The position numbers were made by a program, and so were the translations under genes. DNA of 64,000 bases from contig CAVRWB010000016.1 in assembly GCA_963724775.1 (NCBI GenBank), positions 28,815-92,814 of the forward strand, read 5' to 3'. Of the stretch, positions 40,818 through 52,983 are shown one piece after another. The DNA comes from an uncultured Acidobacteriota bacterium (GTDB lineage: Bacteria > Acidobacteriota > Vicinamibacteria > Vicinamibacterales > Fen-181). The notes below the pieces were generated by a model, which worked only from the letters and a program-made list of their open reading frames with translations, made no database searches and was not told the DNA's origin. Position 1 is the stretch's first letter; the number at the start of each line of letters is the position of its first letter.

Positions 40818-41547
40818 AAGCCGTCCAGCATCCTAGCGCGAAGACGATCATCCACCGCAGGTACGGGATGGTCTGGAGGCGTGCGATCGACGCGCCCAGT
40901 TCGCGCAGGAAGGCGACGGGCAGGATGAGAAACGCGCCAATCCACGGCCCCTGTGCCCACCACGGCAGGCGCAGCCAGAAGCCGTGGCCGGTGATCAGCG
41001 CGGCAAATGGCGCGCCGGCGGCCATCGGCATGGCGAAGGCGGCCGACGCGTAGCCGCAGACGAGAACGGTTGCGCCGCGCACCCACCACGATCGCGATCC
41101 GCCCGGGCCGGCCAATCGAAGAGCTGCCGCAGCCACGAGCGCCAGCATCGTGCCCGACAACACCGCCGGTGCCGGGTGGCGGACGACGGTGAGGCCGTAC
41201 GCCAGTCCTTCCGTGGTCCAGGAAGAGGCAACGACGAATCCCAGGAAAACCACCGCCCCGGCCAGCGGGTCCATCAGCCAGCCCCGGCCGCCCACCCGGC
41301 CGCCCTTCGACACGACGTACGCGGTCAGCAGGAAGTAGAGAAGCGCGCCGGTGGCGAGGATGACGCGCAGCGGAGAGCCCGCCAGCCAGGATTCGACCGC
41401 GGCGTCGATGACGAGGAGATCGAAGGCAAGGCGAACGGCGAGGCGTCCGGCCGCAGCGGCCCGCGCGCGGGCGCGTGAAGAAGGTGGCCCCGCGGGCATC
41501 GCCAGCAGGGCCTCGTCAGGAGCGTCGGTGGACACGTCCACCATCAT
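40798..41547 (-). CDS. Hypothetical polytopic membrane protein
   Basis: At least 6 hydrophobic helices and no recognisable motif. It is convergent with the PEP-CTERM gene. Confidence 0.35.
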   Translation of the reverse strand: MMVDVSTDAPDEALLAMPAGPPSSRARARAAAAGRLAVRLAFDLLVIDAAVESWLAGSPLRVILATGALLYFLLTAYVVSKGGRVGGRGWLMDPLAGAVVFLGFVVASSWTTEGLAYGLTVVRHPAPAVLSGTMLALVAAAALRLAGPGGSRSWWVRGATVLVCGYASAAFAMPMAAGAPFAALITGHGFWLRLPWWAQGPWIGAFLILPVAFLRELGASIARLQTIPYLRWMIVFALGCWTAFNAASF

Positions 41548-41690
41548 AGAACTAGAGAGAACGTAGAACGTAGAACGTTGAACGTAGAACTGAGAGACGA
41601 GAACCGGTCCGATCAGCTCTCGGTTTACGTTTTCAGTGGTTCTACGTTCTCACTTCTACGTTCTCACTTCTCAATTCGGTCTACTTTCCC
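41545..41690. repeat. (GAACGTAGAAC)n tandem repeats followed by inverted copies GTTCTACGTTCTCACTTCTACGTTCTCAC
   Basis: gaacgtagaacgtagaacgttgaacgtagaactgagagacgagaacc...ttttcagtggttctacgttctcacttctacgttctcacttctc. Confidence 0.65.
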
Positions 41691-42556
41691 TGCACCCAGG
41701 TCGCGAGCACCATCCCCGACGCCAGCACGTCGCCCTTCACGTGAACCGAACTGCCGTTGGCGATCGTGCTGCAGTCCGCCTTCTGGAAGTCGGTCGACGA
41801 GTTGGTCTGCACCGTCCATCCCTCGACGACGAACTGGATGGTGGGGCAGCCGCTCCCAAGCTTCTGCCATCCCGACACCGTGCCGCTGGCGTTCACCGGG
41901 ACGTTGGTGTTGGTGTTCTGCACCATCACCTCGGTCGCGACCATCGTCGTGCCGGTCAGCGCGCCCCGCACGTGCACGCGGTCGCCGATCTTCAGCGCGG
42001 TGAAGGCAATCGTCGTGTCGCCGTGGCGGATGGTGGCGCCCGCGACGTTCACCTGGGTCGAGCCGACGAGGAGCGTGCCCGCCGCCGGGATGGCGGTGAT
42101 GCGGTCTTCCAGCTCGGTCACCGTGGAGCCGTTGCGCTGCTCGGTGTCGAGCGTGGCCGTCCCGCTCTTCAGCGTGACGTGAATCGTGATCTTGTCGGTT
42201 GCCTGGATCCCGTTGAGCGTCACCGTGGCGGTGCCGCCGCCTCCGCTGAAGATGAGCGTGATGGTTCCGGCAGGGACGCCCGTGAAGGTGAACTTACCCT
42301 GGCTGTCGGCCGCGACGGTGATGTTGGTGCCCGAGATCGTCACCGTGATCCCGTTGCCCGTATCCAGTTTCTGATAGCCCGCCGAGCTGCCGGTCGTCGA
42401 GCCGCTGACGCTTCCGGTGATCGTCGCGCCGGCCTGGCCGGCCGAGGCGGACGAGGATGATGAGGGCGAAGCCGGATTGGACGACTTCCCGCAGGCGACC
42501 AGCGCGAGCGACAGTGCCATGGCGCTCGTGATCCCGACGAACATTCTCCGATTCAT
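41681..42556 (-). CDS. DUF5666-like lipoprotein
   Basis: MNRRMFVGITSAMALSLALVACG is a lipobox signal. Ser/Thr/Gly-rich beta-rich repeats (ATEVMVQ..., TVSGW...) resemble DUF5666. Confidence 0.5.
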   Translation of the reverse strand: MNRRMFVGITSAMALSLALVACGKSSNPASPSSSSSASAGQAGATITGSVSGSTTGSSAGYQKLDTGNGITVTISGTNITVAADSQGKFTFTGVPAGTITLIFSGGGGTATVTLNGIQATDKITIHVTLKSGTATLDTEQRNGSTVTELEDRITAIPAAGTLLVGSTQVNVAGATIRHGDTTIAFTALKIGDRVHVRGALTGTTMVATEVMVQNTNTNVPVNASGTVSGWQKLGSGCPTIQFVVEGWTVQTNSSTDFQKADCSTIANGSSVHVKGDVLASGMVLATWVQGK

Positions 42557-42809
42557 GTCCCCATGCTCCTTTGTAGTACTGGCCGCGCCTGGGGGGCGAT
42601 CCCGGTGCCGGCCGGTTGAGCTGGTCGCAAGTTTCATGCCTGTGCCGTATCCAGGCAATCTCGGGGAAAAACGCCGTGAAAACGCGGATGGCTCCCGGCC
42701 GCGCCTGTCACAATCGATATCAGCTGTGCAAAAAGGTATGCCCGACGCAAAGGGCCCGTCGGCATGCGCCAGCGGGCCCCTTTTCCGTTCTCCGTCTTCC
42801 GTTCTCCGT

Positions 42810-45258
42810 TTACAGCGTCAGCTTCGCCAGGTTGCCGCCCAGGCGCGGGCCGCCCATGCCGCCCATGGCCGGCATCTGCCCCGGCTGTGGCGCTGTCACG
42901 CCCACCATCGAGTAGATCTCCTCCTTCGTCCAGCCGCCCTTGACGAGGGAGAGGTACATCTGCTGCTTCGCCGCATCCACTGTCTTCTGGCGCGGGGTCT
43001 GCGCGACGTCACCCATGGGCGACCGAACGACCCGCTCCGTCGTCGTCAGCACGATATTGCCTGAACCGCCGAGGGCCTTCTTGAGATCGATGAGCCGCGT
43101 CGCCATCGCCTGCGGCGCGCTTGCTTCGAACTCCACGGACAGCACGACGTTCTTCTCGACGAGCTTCTTGCCGAGCGCCTCGCTGGGCACGGTCGCCATG
43201 CTGGACACGATGAAGCCCTTCTTCGCGTTCTCGAGCAGGTCATCGAGCAGCTTCGCGGAGGGGTTGTGGAACTGCAAGACGAGGCCTGCCGATTCGAACG
43301 CCTTCAACGCCGCCTTCCCGCGGTCGGTCAGGCCGGTGGCCGTGAACCAGGTGCCGTCCGGGCTGAAGACTTCGGTGCGGCCGATGTTCATCAACTTGGC
43401 CGCCACGTCGATCAGCCCGATGTTGCCGTTGAATGCGCTCAGGTCCACGCTGAGGCCGAAGCGCGGCCCCTGCGGACCGCCCATCTGGATCGCGCCGGAC
43501 GGCCCGATCATGATCGCGCCCGACGAACCGCCGGCGGTGGCGAGGTTCAGCGGGGTCATGCGCATGCCGTTGTAGAGGTGCAGGCGGTCGGTCACCACGA
43601 GGTTCACCTGGGTCTCGTTCGCGACATTCACGATTCCCTGGAGCACGAACTGGCCGTTCTTGCGCAGCATCTCGGCGTCGATCTTGGCCGGGTCGTCGCC
43701 GGCGTCATGGTAATCCGGGTGCCCGATGCCACCCGCGGTCATGAGGGCCAGCGACTCGATGCCCTGCTCGATGAAGGCGGAGTAGTCGCTGCCGCCAGGG
43801 CCCGCGGTAGACGTCTCGATGTTCTTGACGACTTCCGGGTCCTGGTTCTTCATGATGACGTCCCAGATCGCCGGGAAGTTGAGGCCGCCGGGGGCGCCGA
43901 TCCGATCGCCGAGGCCCACCATGTCGTTGTTGAAGTTGGTGACGATGTTGTCCAACTTCACGCCGTCCGTCGGGTGCTTCGACCAGGTACTCGGACCCGA
44001 TGAGGCCCATCTCCTCGGCCGCCCAGAGCGCGAAGTAGATCGTCCGCTTCGGCTTGATGGTGCCGGCGTTGGTCGCGACCAGGCGCGCCATCTCCATGAC
44101 CGTCGCGGCGCCCGACGCGTTGTCGTCCGCGCCGTTCATGACGACGCCGTTGCTCACCCCGACGTGATCGAGGTGACCGCCGACGACGATGACCTGCGCC
44201 TTGAGCTTCGGGTCGGTGCCTTCCACCTTGCCGACCACGTTGTGCGAGACGTTGTTCTTCAGCTTGTCGCTGAAGAAGGTCGTCGTCTTGTAGCCGCTCA
44301 CCCGGCCTTTGACCCCGGTCGCCACCGAGTGCGCCTTGCCGTCGCGGATGTCGCGGCGCCACTGGTCCATGCGCGCGGTGAAGCCGCGAGGCGACTCCTG
44401 CGCGTCGCGGAACATCGCGTGCCGGAAGACGCGCTCGCTGACGTCCGTCATGACGAGGAACGGCCGCGTGTAGGGTTCCGCTGGCGCCTGGGCGCCGGCC
44501 ATCATGGCCATGATCTGCGCCTGTGACAGTGCCTGTGGGGCCGCCATCGGGTTGGGCGGCGCGAGCTTCTCTGGTGCGAACAGGAGGATGGCCGCGGCTC
44601 CCTTGTCGTAGGCGGTCTTGATCTTCGCGGCGTCCTTCGACTCGTCGGCCCACGCTTCGTTGTTCTTCGGCGCATCAACGGTCGCTCCGAACATTCCGCG
44701 GGCGGCCGGCGCGTCCTTCGGCGATCCCTTGAAGACGAGCACGATCTTGCCCTTCACGTCCACGCCGGCGTATTCATCGAGCCCCTTGGCGGGTGCCGAG
44801 ATGCCGTAGCCGGCGAAGACGATGTCGGCATCAGCGGCGGCGCCGGCCGTCGACGCGGGGCTCAAGGTGAAGTCGCTGTCGTTGATGTAGAACGCGCGGC
44901 CGTCGACGGACAGCGCGGGGATGCCGGTCGTCCACGGCTGGCCGCTCCCTCGGCCGACCACCGGCACGTCCTGCAGGAAGCCCCCGCTGTCGCCCGCCGG
45001 CTTCAGGCCCCACTCCTTGAACTTCGCGGCGGCCCATTCCGCGGTCTTCTCGTACCCGGGAGTCAGTGAGCGGCGGCCTTCCTTGTCGTCGGAGGCCATG
45101 TAGTCGATGTAGCCCTTGATGACGGTGCCGTCCACGCGGATCGGCGTCGCGCCGCCGACGGCCGGCTTGCCTTTCGACTGCGCGCCGGCGCCGGCCGACC
45201 ACGCGAGAGCCAGGGCGGCGCTGACGGCGAGGGTGCGCCAGCAGGTTCGAGCCTTCAT
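42810..45258 (-). CDS. Peptidase M28 family (PA domain) with large C-terminal extension; apparent frameshift near 43960
   Basis: Signal peptide. M28 zinc-ligand motifs (GGHLDHVG, GADDNASGAATVME, AAEEMGLIGS, then DMVG...GSDYSAF in the second frame). Confidence 0.65.
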
Positions 45259-45366
45259 GAACGAGTCCTTTCGAAGTCTATGGTCAGGGGGAATGGCGAC
45301 GTGCAGCCCGAGATGCTACTACCGGCACGCCCGCTACGCCAAGCGGAAGGGACGACATGACAGTTC

Positions 45367-46158
45367 TCAGATCTTGTAGACCAGGCCCGTAATCAGCGCC
45401 ACGTCGTTTTTCTGAGTGGGCGGGGGAGGCCGGTTCTTGTACGTGTCGAGCACCTCCAGCTTCAGCTGCGCGCGCGAGGTGATGGAAGCTGCGAGCGTCG
45501 CGCGGAACGAGTAGAGCGAGTCGCTGAAGTTGTTCGCCTTCCACAATGCCGACACCGATTGTCCGAAGGTCGCGCTCGTCGAGATCCTGTGCAGCAGCTT
45601 CTGGTCCACCGTGAGCGAGCCCCCCGCGGTGGCCGGCCGGCCGTGATCCCGCTCCCACACGCCGCCCAGGCCGGCGGCCAGGCCGAGCGAGGAGTTCGTC
45701 TTGTCGATCACCTTGTAGCCCATGCCCGTCGCGGGGGCCACCAGGTAGTCGATGTCCTTGAACCGGTCGCTCAAGTAACGCGCCTGCCCGAAGACGAAGA
45801 AGCGGGTGTTGAATCGGTACTCGTCGTAGAACCCGAAGCGCAGCTGGTCGCCGGTGACGTTCCGCTCGCTCTTGCCGCGCAGGTACAACGCGTCGGTCTT
45901 GAAGATGTTCCGCGCCTTCGGGTCGCAGATCAGGTCGAACGAGACGTTGAAGTTGGAGGTGTTCTTGTTCCCGGCGGTCAACGACATCCCGGCGCTCACT
46001 GACCCGGACCAGGCCTTCACCGGGGGCGCGGGCGAGGGCAGCGTCGCGGGCATCTGGTCGCTTGGAGTATCCACGACGCCCTGCGCGCCGGCCCCCGCAG
46101 CTCCCGCCGCCAGCGCCACGACCACCAGCACGATCCTGTACACCGATTCGGGAACCAT
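45367..46158 (-). CDS. DUF481 family outer-membrane beta-barrel protein
   Basis: Signal peptide plus an alternating-hydrophobic beta-strand pattern. Ends ...VALITGLVYKI. Confidence 0.5.
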   Translation of the reverse strand: MVPESVYRIVLVVVALAAGAAGAGAQGVVDTPSDQMPATLPSPAPPVKAWSGSVSAGMSLTAGNKNTSNFNVSFDLICDPKARNIFKTDALYLRGKSERNVTGDQLRFGFYDEYRFNTRFFVFGQARYLSDRFKDIDYLVAPATGMGYKVIDKTNSSLGLAAGLGGVWERDHGRPATAGGSLTVDQKLLHRISTSATFGQSVSALWKANNFSDSLYSFRATLAASITSRAQLKLEVLDTYKNRPPPPTQKNDVALITGLVYKI

Positions 46159-46293
46159 TTTCCTGGAAGGCCTCGGACGATGAAAAAAGTGCAAGTGCGG
46201 AGCCGAGCGGGCAATCGGGGGGAGGGCCGCGCGCGAGGATTCTAACGCCGGGAAGCGCCGGGCGCCACCAGGCCAGGGGACCGAGTGAACTCG

Positions 46294-46761
46294 TTACTTC
46301 TTGCGGACGATCTCCGAGCCGCTGACCGGCATCCCGCACACCTTCCCCTTGTAGTCGACCCGGATGGTGCCGTCGCTCAGGGGCGTGGCGCTGCTGTCCG
46401 CGAAGGAGAAGGCGCACCCGGTGCCGGAGGCGCCGGCCGCGATGCCTTGTGCATTCCAGCTGAGGCCCGAGGCGGCCAGCGTGCCGCTGCCGATCGCGTC
46501 CAACGTGACCCCGGCGCACGTGGCGGCGACCTTCAGGTTGACGACGCGCTCGCTCACCTTGTCCACGGTGTACTCGAACCGGCTGCACGCGGCAATCGGC
46601 GAGGCGCCGGCGGTGGCCGACGTCCAGGCACCCACAAAGGTATCGGCGGTGACGGGGACCGACGAAGGCGAGGCCGGCGAAGTCGCTCGCGAATCGCCCG
46701 TGCAGGCCCCAAGGGCCAAGGCGGCCGACAGGGCGAGGGCGATGCTCAACGCTCTTTTCAT
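46294..46761 (-). CDS. Hypothetical lipoprotein
   Basis: MKRALSIALALSAALALGAC is a lipobox signal. Four Cys are present. Confidence 0.4.
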   Translation of the reverse strand: MKRALSIALALSAALALGACTGDSRATSPASPSSVPVTADTFVGAWTSATAGASPIAACSRFEYTVDKVSERVVNLKVAATCAGVTLDAIGSGTLAASGLSWNAQGIAAGASGTGCAFSFADSSATPLSDGTIRVDYKGKVCGMPVSGSEIVRKK

Positions 46762-46884
46762 CGAATGCTCCCGTGTCCGGTCCGCGATCCGGGCACGAGC
46801 GATGATAGTGCCGGGGCGGTCGGGGCGCAACCGTCAAAAAGAGCAGTCTTGGACCTTTTCCATCGTCGACGCGGGCTCCTTGGC

Positions 46885-49365
46885 CTACATCGGCTCGCCT
46901 CGCAGCGCGATCACCGGGTCGACCCTCGCCGCGCGACGCGCCGGCAGGTAGCTCGCGAGCAGCGCGATCGATCCGAGGCCGAACGCCGCGACAGCGTAGG
47001 TGAGCGGGTCGAGTGCGCCGACGCCGAAGAGCAGCGTGGACATCAGCCGGGTGAGGCCGGCCGCCGCGGCGAGTCCGAGCACGACCCCGGCGACCGTCAG
47101 CACGAGCCCGTGTCGCACGAAGAGGCGGCTCACGTCGGACACCTGCGCGCCGAGCGCCACACGGATGCCAATTTCTCTCGTGCGCTGCGCGGCGATGTAG
47201 GCGATCACGCCGTAGATGCCGACGATGCCGAGCAGCAGCGCGACGCCGGCCGCCATCGCGAGCATCACCAGCGTGAACGACGTCTGCGCCATCGATTCCG
47301 CGCGGAGCTCCTCGAGCGACCGGACTTCCGCCAGCGGGAGGCTGGGATTCACCGACCAGACCGCCTGCTGGATCTCCTTCAGGAACGTCGGCGATCCCAT
47401 TCGCGCGCTGCGGATCGCGTAGGCCACCGTCCGCCGCGTCGTGAGGCCCTTCTCCCAGAAGTCCTCCATCAGCAGCGGCCAGTAGATCACTTTCGGCGCG
47501 GGGCGGCCGACGCCATCGTCGCGCTCGTCGGCGACGACGCCGACGATCTCGCGCCAGGCGCTGTCCGGCCCCTGGCGGATGCGCTTGCCGACCGCCGCGG
47601 CCGGCGAGGCGAAATACTCCCGGGCGAAGTTCTCGCTGACGACGGCGACCTTCGCCAGGTTGAAGCTGTCGGCCCATGTGATTGTGCGGCCCGCCAGCAG
47701 CCGGTTGCCCATCGTCTCCGTGTAGCCGGGGCCGACGAACTTGAAGCGGCGGATGGGCGGGATGCGGCCGGGCGGGCCCGGGCGCTCCTCCACGAAGATC
47801 GGGTCGTTGCTGTCGTGACCGTCCATCGTGATGGCCGAGGACAGGCCGACCGACGCCACGCCGGGGACGTGCGCGATGCGCTGCGCGATCTGCTCGTGCA
47901 TCCGCGCGCTCGCGTCGTTCTCCTTGACGAGCGCCTCGGGGATGGTGACGCGCAGGGTCAGCACCTCCTCCGGCCTCGTGAACCCGGGCTGCACCTGCCG
48001 CATCGCCTGGAAGGTGCGGATCATCAGCCCCGAGCCGATCAGCAGGACGACCGCCAGGGCGACCTCGGCGATCACGAGCGCGCTGCGCGCGCGGTGGCGT
48101 TCGCGGCCGTCGCTCGAGCCGCGGCCGCCTTCCTTGAGCGCGGACGCCAGCCGCGGGCGCGCGAAGCGCAGCACGGGAATGAGGCCGAAGAGGACACCCG
48201 CGAGGAGCGAGATGCCCAGCGTGAAGGCCAGCACGACGGGGTCGATGCCGATCTCCTCCAGGCGCGGCAGGTCCTTCGGCCCGATTGCCGCGAGCAGGCG
48301 GATGCCGGCCGCGGCGAGCCCGAGGCCGGCGAGACCGCCGAGGAGGCCGAGGGCGAGGCTCTCGGACAGCAGTTCGGAGGCCAGCCGCCCCCAGCTCGCG
48401 CCGAGCGCCGAGCGGATGGCCAGCTCCTGCTGTCGCCCCTCGGCGCGCACGAGAAAGAGGTTGGCGACGTTGGCGCAGGCGATGAGCAGCACGATGCCGA
48501 CGGTGCCCACGAGGACCCAGAGCATCGGGCGGACGTCGCCGACGAGGTCGTCGGCGAACGGCCGGACGAGTGGTCCCATGCGGATCTCCTCGAACATCTT
48601 CCGCGTGAACCCGGGCGGCAGCGGGAAGCGCTCCATCGACCAGCGGGAGCATCCGCGCGATGTCGCGCGTTGGCCTGCGCGATCGTGACGCCGGGCTTGA
48701 GGCGGGCGACGGCCTGGTAGCTGAAGTTGCCGACGAACATCTCCGCGCGGTTGAAGCGGAACGGCAGGAGCAGCGCCGGCTTCTGGTTGAGGAAGCGGAA
48801 CTCGGCCGGCAGCACGCCGATGATCTCGTTCGGCTTGCCCTCGACCGATCAGCGTCTGGCCGACGACGTCGCGGGCTGCCGCCGAACTGCTGCTGCCAGT
48901 AGCCGTGCGTCAGCATCACCCGCTCGGGGCTGCCGCGGCGAGTCGTCCTCGGCCGTGAACCGGCGGCCGAGGATCGGCTGCACGCGCAGGGCGGGCAGCG
49001 TGGAGTCGGTCACCATCAGCGCCTCGACCTTCTCGGGCTCGCCGCGGCCGGTGACCGAGACCGAGCCGTTGTCCCACAGGCCGAGCTGCTCGAAGACGCG
49101 GTTCTCCTCGCGGTAGGTGAGGTAGGTCGCCGGCCACTGGTTCAGCAGCGGGATGTTCAGGCCCGGGCGCCGTGTGCCACAAGCCCACCAGCCGCTCGGG
49201 CTGATCGAACGGCAGCGGCTTGAGCAGCACCGCGTAGACGACGCTGAAGATCGCGGTGTTGGCGCCGATGCCGACCGCGAGCGTGATGATGGCGACGGTG
49301 GTGAACAGCGGCGCGCGCAGCAGAGCGTGCGTGACGCGTCGGAACCTGGAGAGGAAAGGCGGCAT
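46885..49365 (-). CDS. ADOP-family duplicated FtsX/MacB-type ABC transporter permease; apparent frameshifts
   Basis: Two FtsX permease modules, each preceded by a MacB-like periplasmic domain. Ends ...[16 protein letters not shown]. No ATPase gene is adjacent. Confidence 0.75.
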
Positions 49366-49452
49366 GAACGACTCCCGAGAGCGGGCAGCTAGACGGGCGG
49401 CGCGGGCCGCCCGCGGTTCATGTCGTTAGACGGATGCGGAACGGGAGGGGTT

Positions 49453-50837
49453 CTACCAGACGAGGCCGAGCGGCTCGCCCGTTGGAACCGGTTCGCGCGT
49501 CTCGGGCGGATGCAGGCCATTCGCACGCCGGAAGCCGGCCTGCAGGCCGCGGCGGATTTCCTCCGACATGCGGTTGAGTTTCACGTCGCTGCGGAAGCCC
49601 ATCGCCTGCGCCGCGCTGATCACGAGCCCGTAGGCGATGCGGTTGGGGAGGCCGAGCTGATGGGCCACGTCGAGGATGACCGCGCTCTCGGCGTCCATGA
49701 GGGCGCCGTCGGCGAGCGCGATGTCGGTGAGGCGCGAGAGCACGAAGTTCTTGGCGGTGGTGTCCCCCTCCGCGTTCAGCACCGCGATCGCCTCGGGCAG
49801 CCGCGCGGCGACGGCCGCCGGGTCGGTGATGATCTCCGCTTCCGGTTCGTCCGTGAAGAACCGGTGGAGGATCTGGATCAGGATCTTCACCTCGTCGTCG
49901 TTGATCTCCGAGTCGGCGCCCAGCAGAAGCGCGCCGCCGAGCGCGACGACCTGCATCATCGCCCGCTCGATCGGGCGGTACGGGTAGCGCCGGGTCAGGT
50001 GGATCAACTGGTCCACCGCATCCTCCAGTTCGGGATCCGAGAGCGTGGTGCCGCTGACGGTCAGTCCGTTCCGCTGCGCCTTGGCCGAGCGCGAAAACAG
50101 CTCCAGCGCCTTGAGCCGAATCGGCAGCAGCGGGTGCGAGGCAAACGCCTCCGCCATCAGCTCGGGATGCCCCTTGATCTCGTCCACCTGGCTCACGAGG
50201 GCTTCGACGTCGAGGTTCAGGTTCTTCTCGCTCAGGCCAAACGTCGCCTTCATCAGCGAGGTGGCCGACGCGCGAAAGTCTCCTGCGGCGAGGAGGCCGG
50301 CGCGGTCCGAGCTGATTTCCGCCTTCTTCCTCCAGCGGAGGAACAGGCTCTCGCCAAACGCCGGCAGCACGGTGATGTCCGGATTGTCCTTGCTGGTGGA
50401 GAGCAGGCCGTCGAGGCGGTTGTTGCCGAAGAGGATGTGCCCCAGCTCGTGTCCGAGGATGAACTGCAGTTCGGCATCCTCCAGGCGCTCGAGCGCCGTC
50501 GACGTCACGCCGATGAGGGAATACGCGCGCGACTCGCGCAGGTCGATGGTGGCGAAGGCGTTGACCTCTGGGGCCGGCAGGCAGAACACCTCGGCCTGCG
50601 CCTCTACGCCGAAACGCGCGCAGACGTCGCCGAACAGCCGGTAGATGCGGGGAGAGATCCGCTCGCTCAGGCGAATGCCGTGCTTGATCAGTTTCTCGCG
50701 GATGCCGAGATCCGCCTGGCGGCGGTTCTCCTCGAAGGTGTCGAGGTAGTCGTTGACCCTGTAGGTCCGCACGAGCTCCTCGACATCGAGCGCGTCGCCG
50801 CGATACCGCACATCCTCCCAGCGCACAGCAGCCACGG
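49453..50837 (-). CDS. M48-family (HtpX-like) zinc metallopeptidase with C-terminal TerB-like domain
   Basis: GTG at 50837 with a strong AAGGAGG SD. Contains the motif HELGHILFGN, and a C-terminal ADGALMDAESAVILDVAHQLGL that is TerB-like. Confidence 0.55.
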
Positions 50838-51008
50838 TACCTCCTTGCGACGCGATTCTACACCTCAGCCCGGCCGTTGGCGGCGGCGCTCCGGAATTCT
50901 GGTATCCTCCGGTCGAGGGCATCCCTTCCAGGCAATCGATGGTCAGTCGCCGCGGCCGTCCTGGCCGCGCCAGGCAGGCACGGGACGCGCCCTGCTGCAT
51001 GAGGGCTT

Positions 51009-52905
51009 CATGCCAACCTACGACGACATCTACGCCGGGTGGCAGCGCGATCCGGAGGGGTTCTGGGCGGCGGCCGCGCAAGCGATCCACTGGGACCGGC
51101 CGTGGGAAGCCGTGCTCGATGCGACGCAGGCCCCGTTCTACCGGTGGTTCCCGGGCGGGTTGGTCAACACCTGCTACAACGCCCTCGACCGGCACGTCCT
51201 CGGCGGCCGCGCCGGCCAGGTCGCGCTGATCTACGACAGCCCCGTCACCGGGACGATCCGGCGGTACACCTACGGCGAACTGCTCGACCGGGTGGCGCAC
51301 TTCGCGGGCGTCCTCGCCTCGCTCGGCGTCGAACGTGGTGACCGCGTCCTGATCTACATGCCGATGATTCCCGAGACGGTCATCGCGATGCTGGCGTGCG
51401 CGCGCATCGGCGCGGTCCACTCGGTGGTCTTCGGCGGTTTCGCCGCCAACGAGCTGGCGACGAGGATCTCGGACGCGCGCCCGCGGCTGGTCGTCTCGGC
51501 GTCGTGCGGCGTGGAGGTGGGCCGAACGATTCCTTACAAGCCGCTGCTCGATCGCGCGATCGAGATGGCCGCGCACAAGCCGGAGCGCTGCGTGATCGTG
51601 CAGCGCCCTCAGGAGCGTGCGCCGATGGTGGAAGGGCGCGACGTCGACTTCGAGGCGCTGATCGCGGAGGCGCGGCCGGCCGACTGCGTGCCGGTGGAAG
51701 CCACCGACCCGCTCTACATCCTGTACACCTCCGGCACGACCGGCATCCCCAAGGGCGTGGTCCGCGACAACGGAGGCCACATGGTGGCGCTCGCGTGGAG
51801 CATGCGCGAGATCTACGGCATGGAGCCGGGTGAGGTCTTCTGGGCGGCGTCCGACCTCGGATGGGTCGTCGGCCACTCCTACATCGTGTACGGGCCGCTG
51901 CTGCACGGGTGCACGACGGTGCTCTACGAGGGCAAGCCGGTCGGAACGCCCGACGCGGGCGCGTTCTGGCGCGTGGTCTCGGAGCACGGAGTGAAGGCGC
52001 TCTTTACCGCGCCGACCGCATTCCGCGCCATCAAGCGCGAAGACCCAACCGGCGAGCACGTCCGGCGGTACGACCTGCGTGGTTTCCGCATGTTGTTCCT
52101 TGCCGGCGAGCGCTGCGACCCGGAGACGCTGCACTGGGCCACCAGCCGCCTTGGCGTGCCGGCCATCGATCACTGGTGGCAGACGGAAACGGGATGGCCG
52201 GTCGCCGCGAACTTCGCCGGCCTTGGCTTGTTCGCGGTGCGCCCCGGTTCGTGCGGCAAGCCGGCGCCCGGCTATGACGTGCGGGTGCTCGGCCACGACG
52301 GCCAGGAGGTGGACGCGGGGAAGATCGGGAACGTCGTCATCAGGCTGCCGCTGCCTCCGGGCTGCCTCCCCTCGCTGTGGCAGAACAACAGCGGCTACGC
52401 GCGCTCGTACCTCAGCGCGTATCCCGGCCACTACCTCACGGCCGACGCCGGCTACAAGGACGAGGACGGCTACCTGTGGATCATGAGCAGGACCGACGAC
52501 ATCATCAACGTCGCCGGGCACCGCCTCTCGACCGGTGCGATGGAGGAGGTCCTGTCGGGGCACCCGGACGTGGCGGAGTGCGCCGTCGTGGGCGTGGCCG
52601 ATGCGCTGAAGGGCGAGGTGCCCCTCGGGCTGGTTGTGCTGATGTCGGGTGTCACGCGCCGGCGCGAGGACATCGTCAGCGAACTGGTGGCGATGGTGCG
52701 CGAGCGGATCGGCCCGGTGGCGTCGTTCAAGGTGGCGGCGGTCGTCGGCCGATTGCCGAAGACGCGCTCCGGCAAGATCCTGCGCGGCACCATCAAGAAG
52801 ATCGCAGACGGGGTGGCCTACACGGTCCCGCCGACGATCGACGACGCGGGGATCCTGGACGAGATCCGGACGGACCTGCAGGGCCTCGGGTACGCGCGCG
52901 AGTGA
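51009..52905 (+). CDS. Propionate--CoA ligase / acetyl-CoA synthetase family (PrpE-like)
   Basis: 632 aa with no frameshift. N-terminal FWAAAAQAIHWDRPW...FYRWFPGGLVNTCYNALDRH. Contains YTSGTTGIPKG (AMP motif) and a C-terminal PKTRSGKILR. Confidence 0.75.
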
Positions 52906-52983
52906 AAGAGCGCGACGGGCAGGGACCGACGCATGCGTCGCCCCACCTGTCGAGAGAGCAGCCAGCGGCGGTATCCTGAACGT

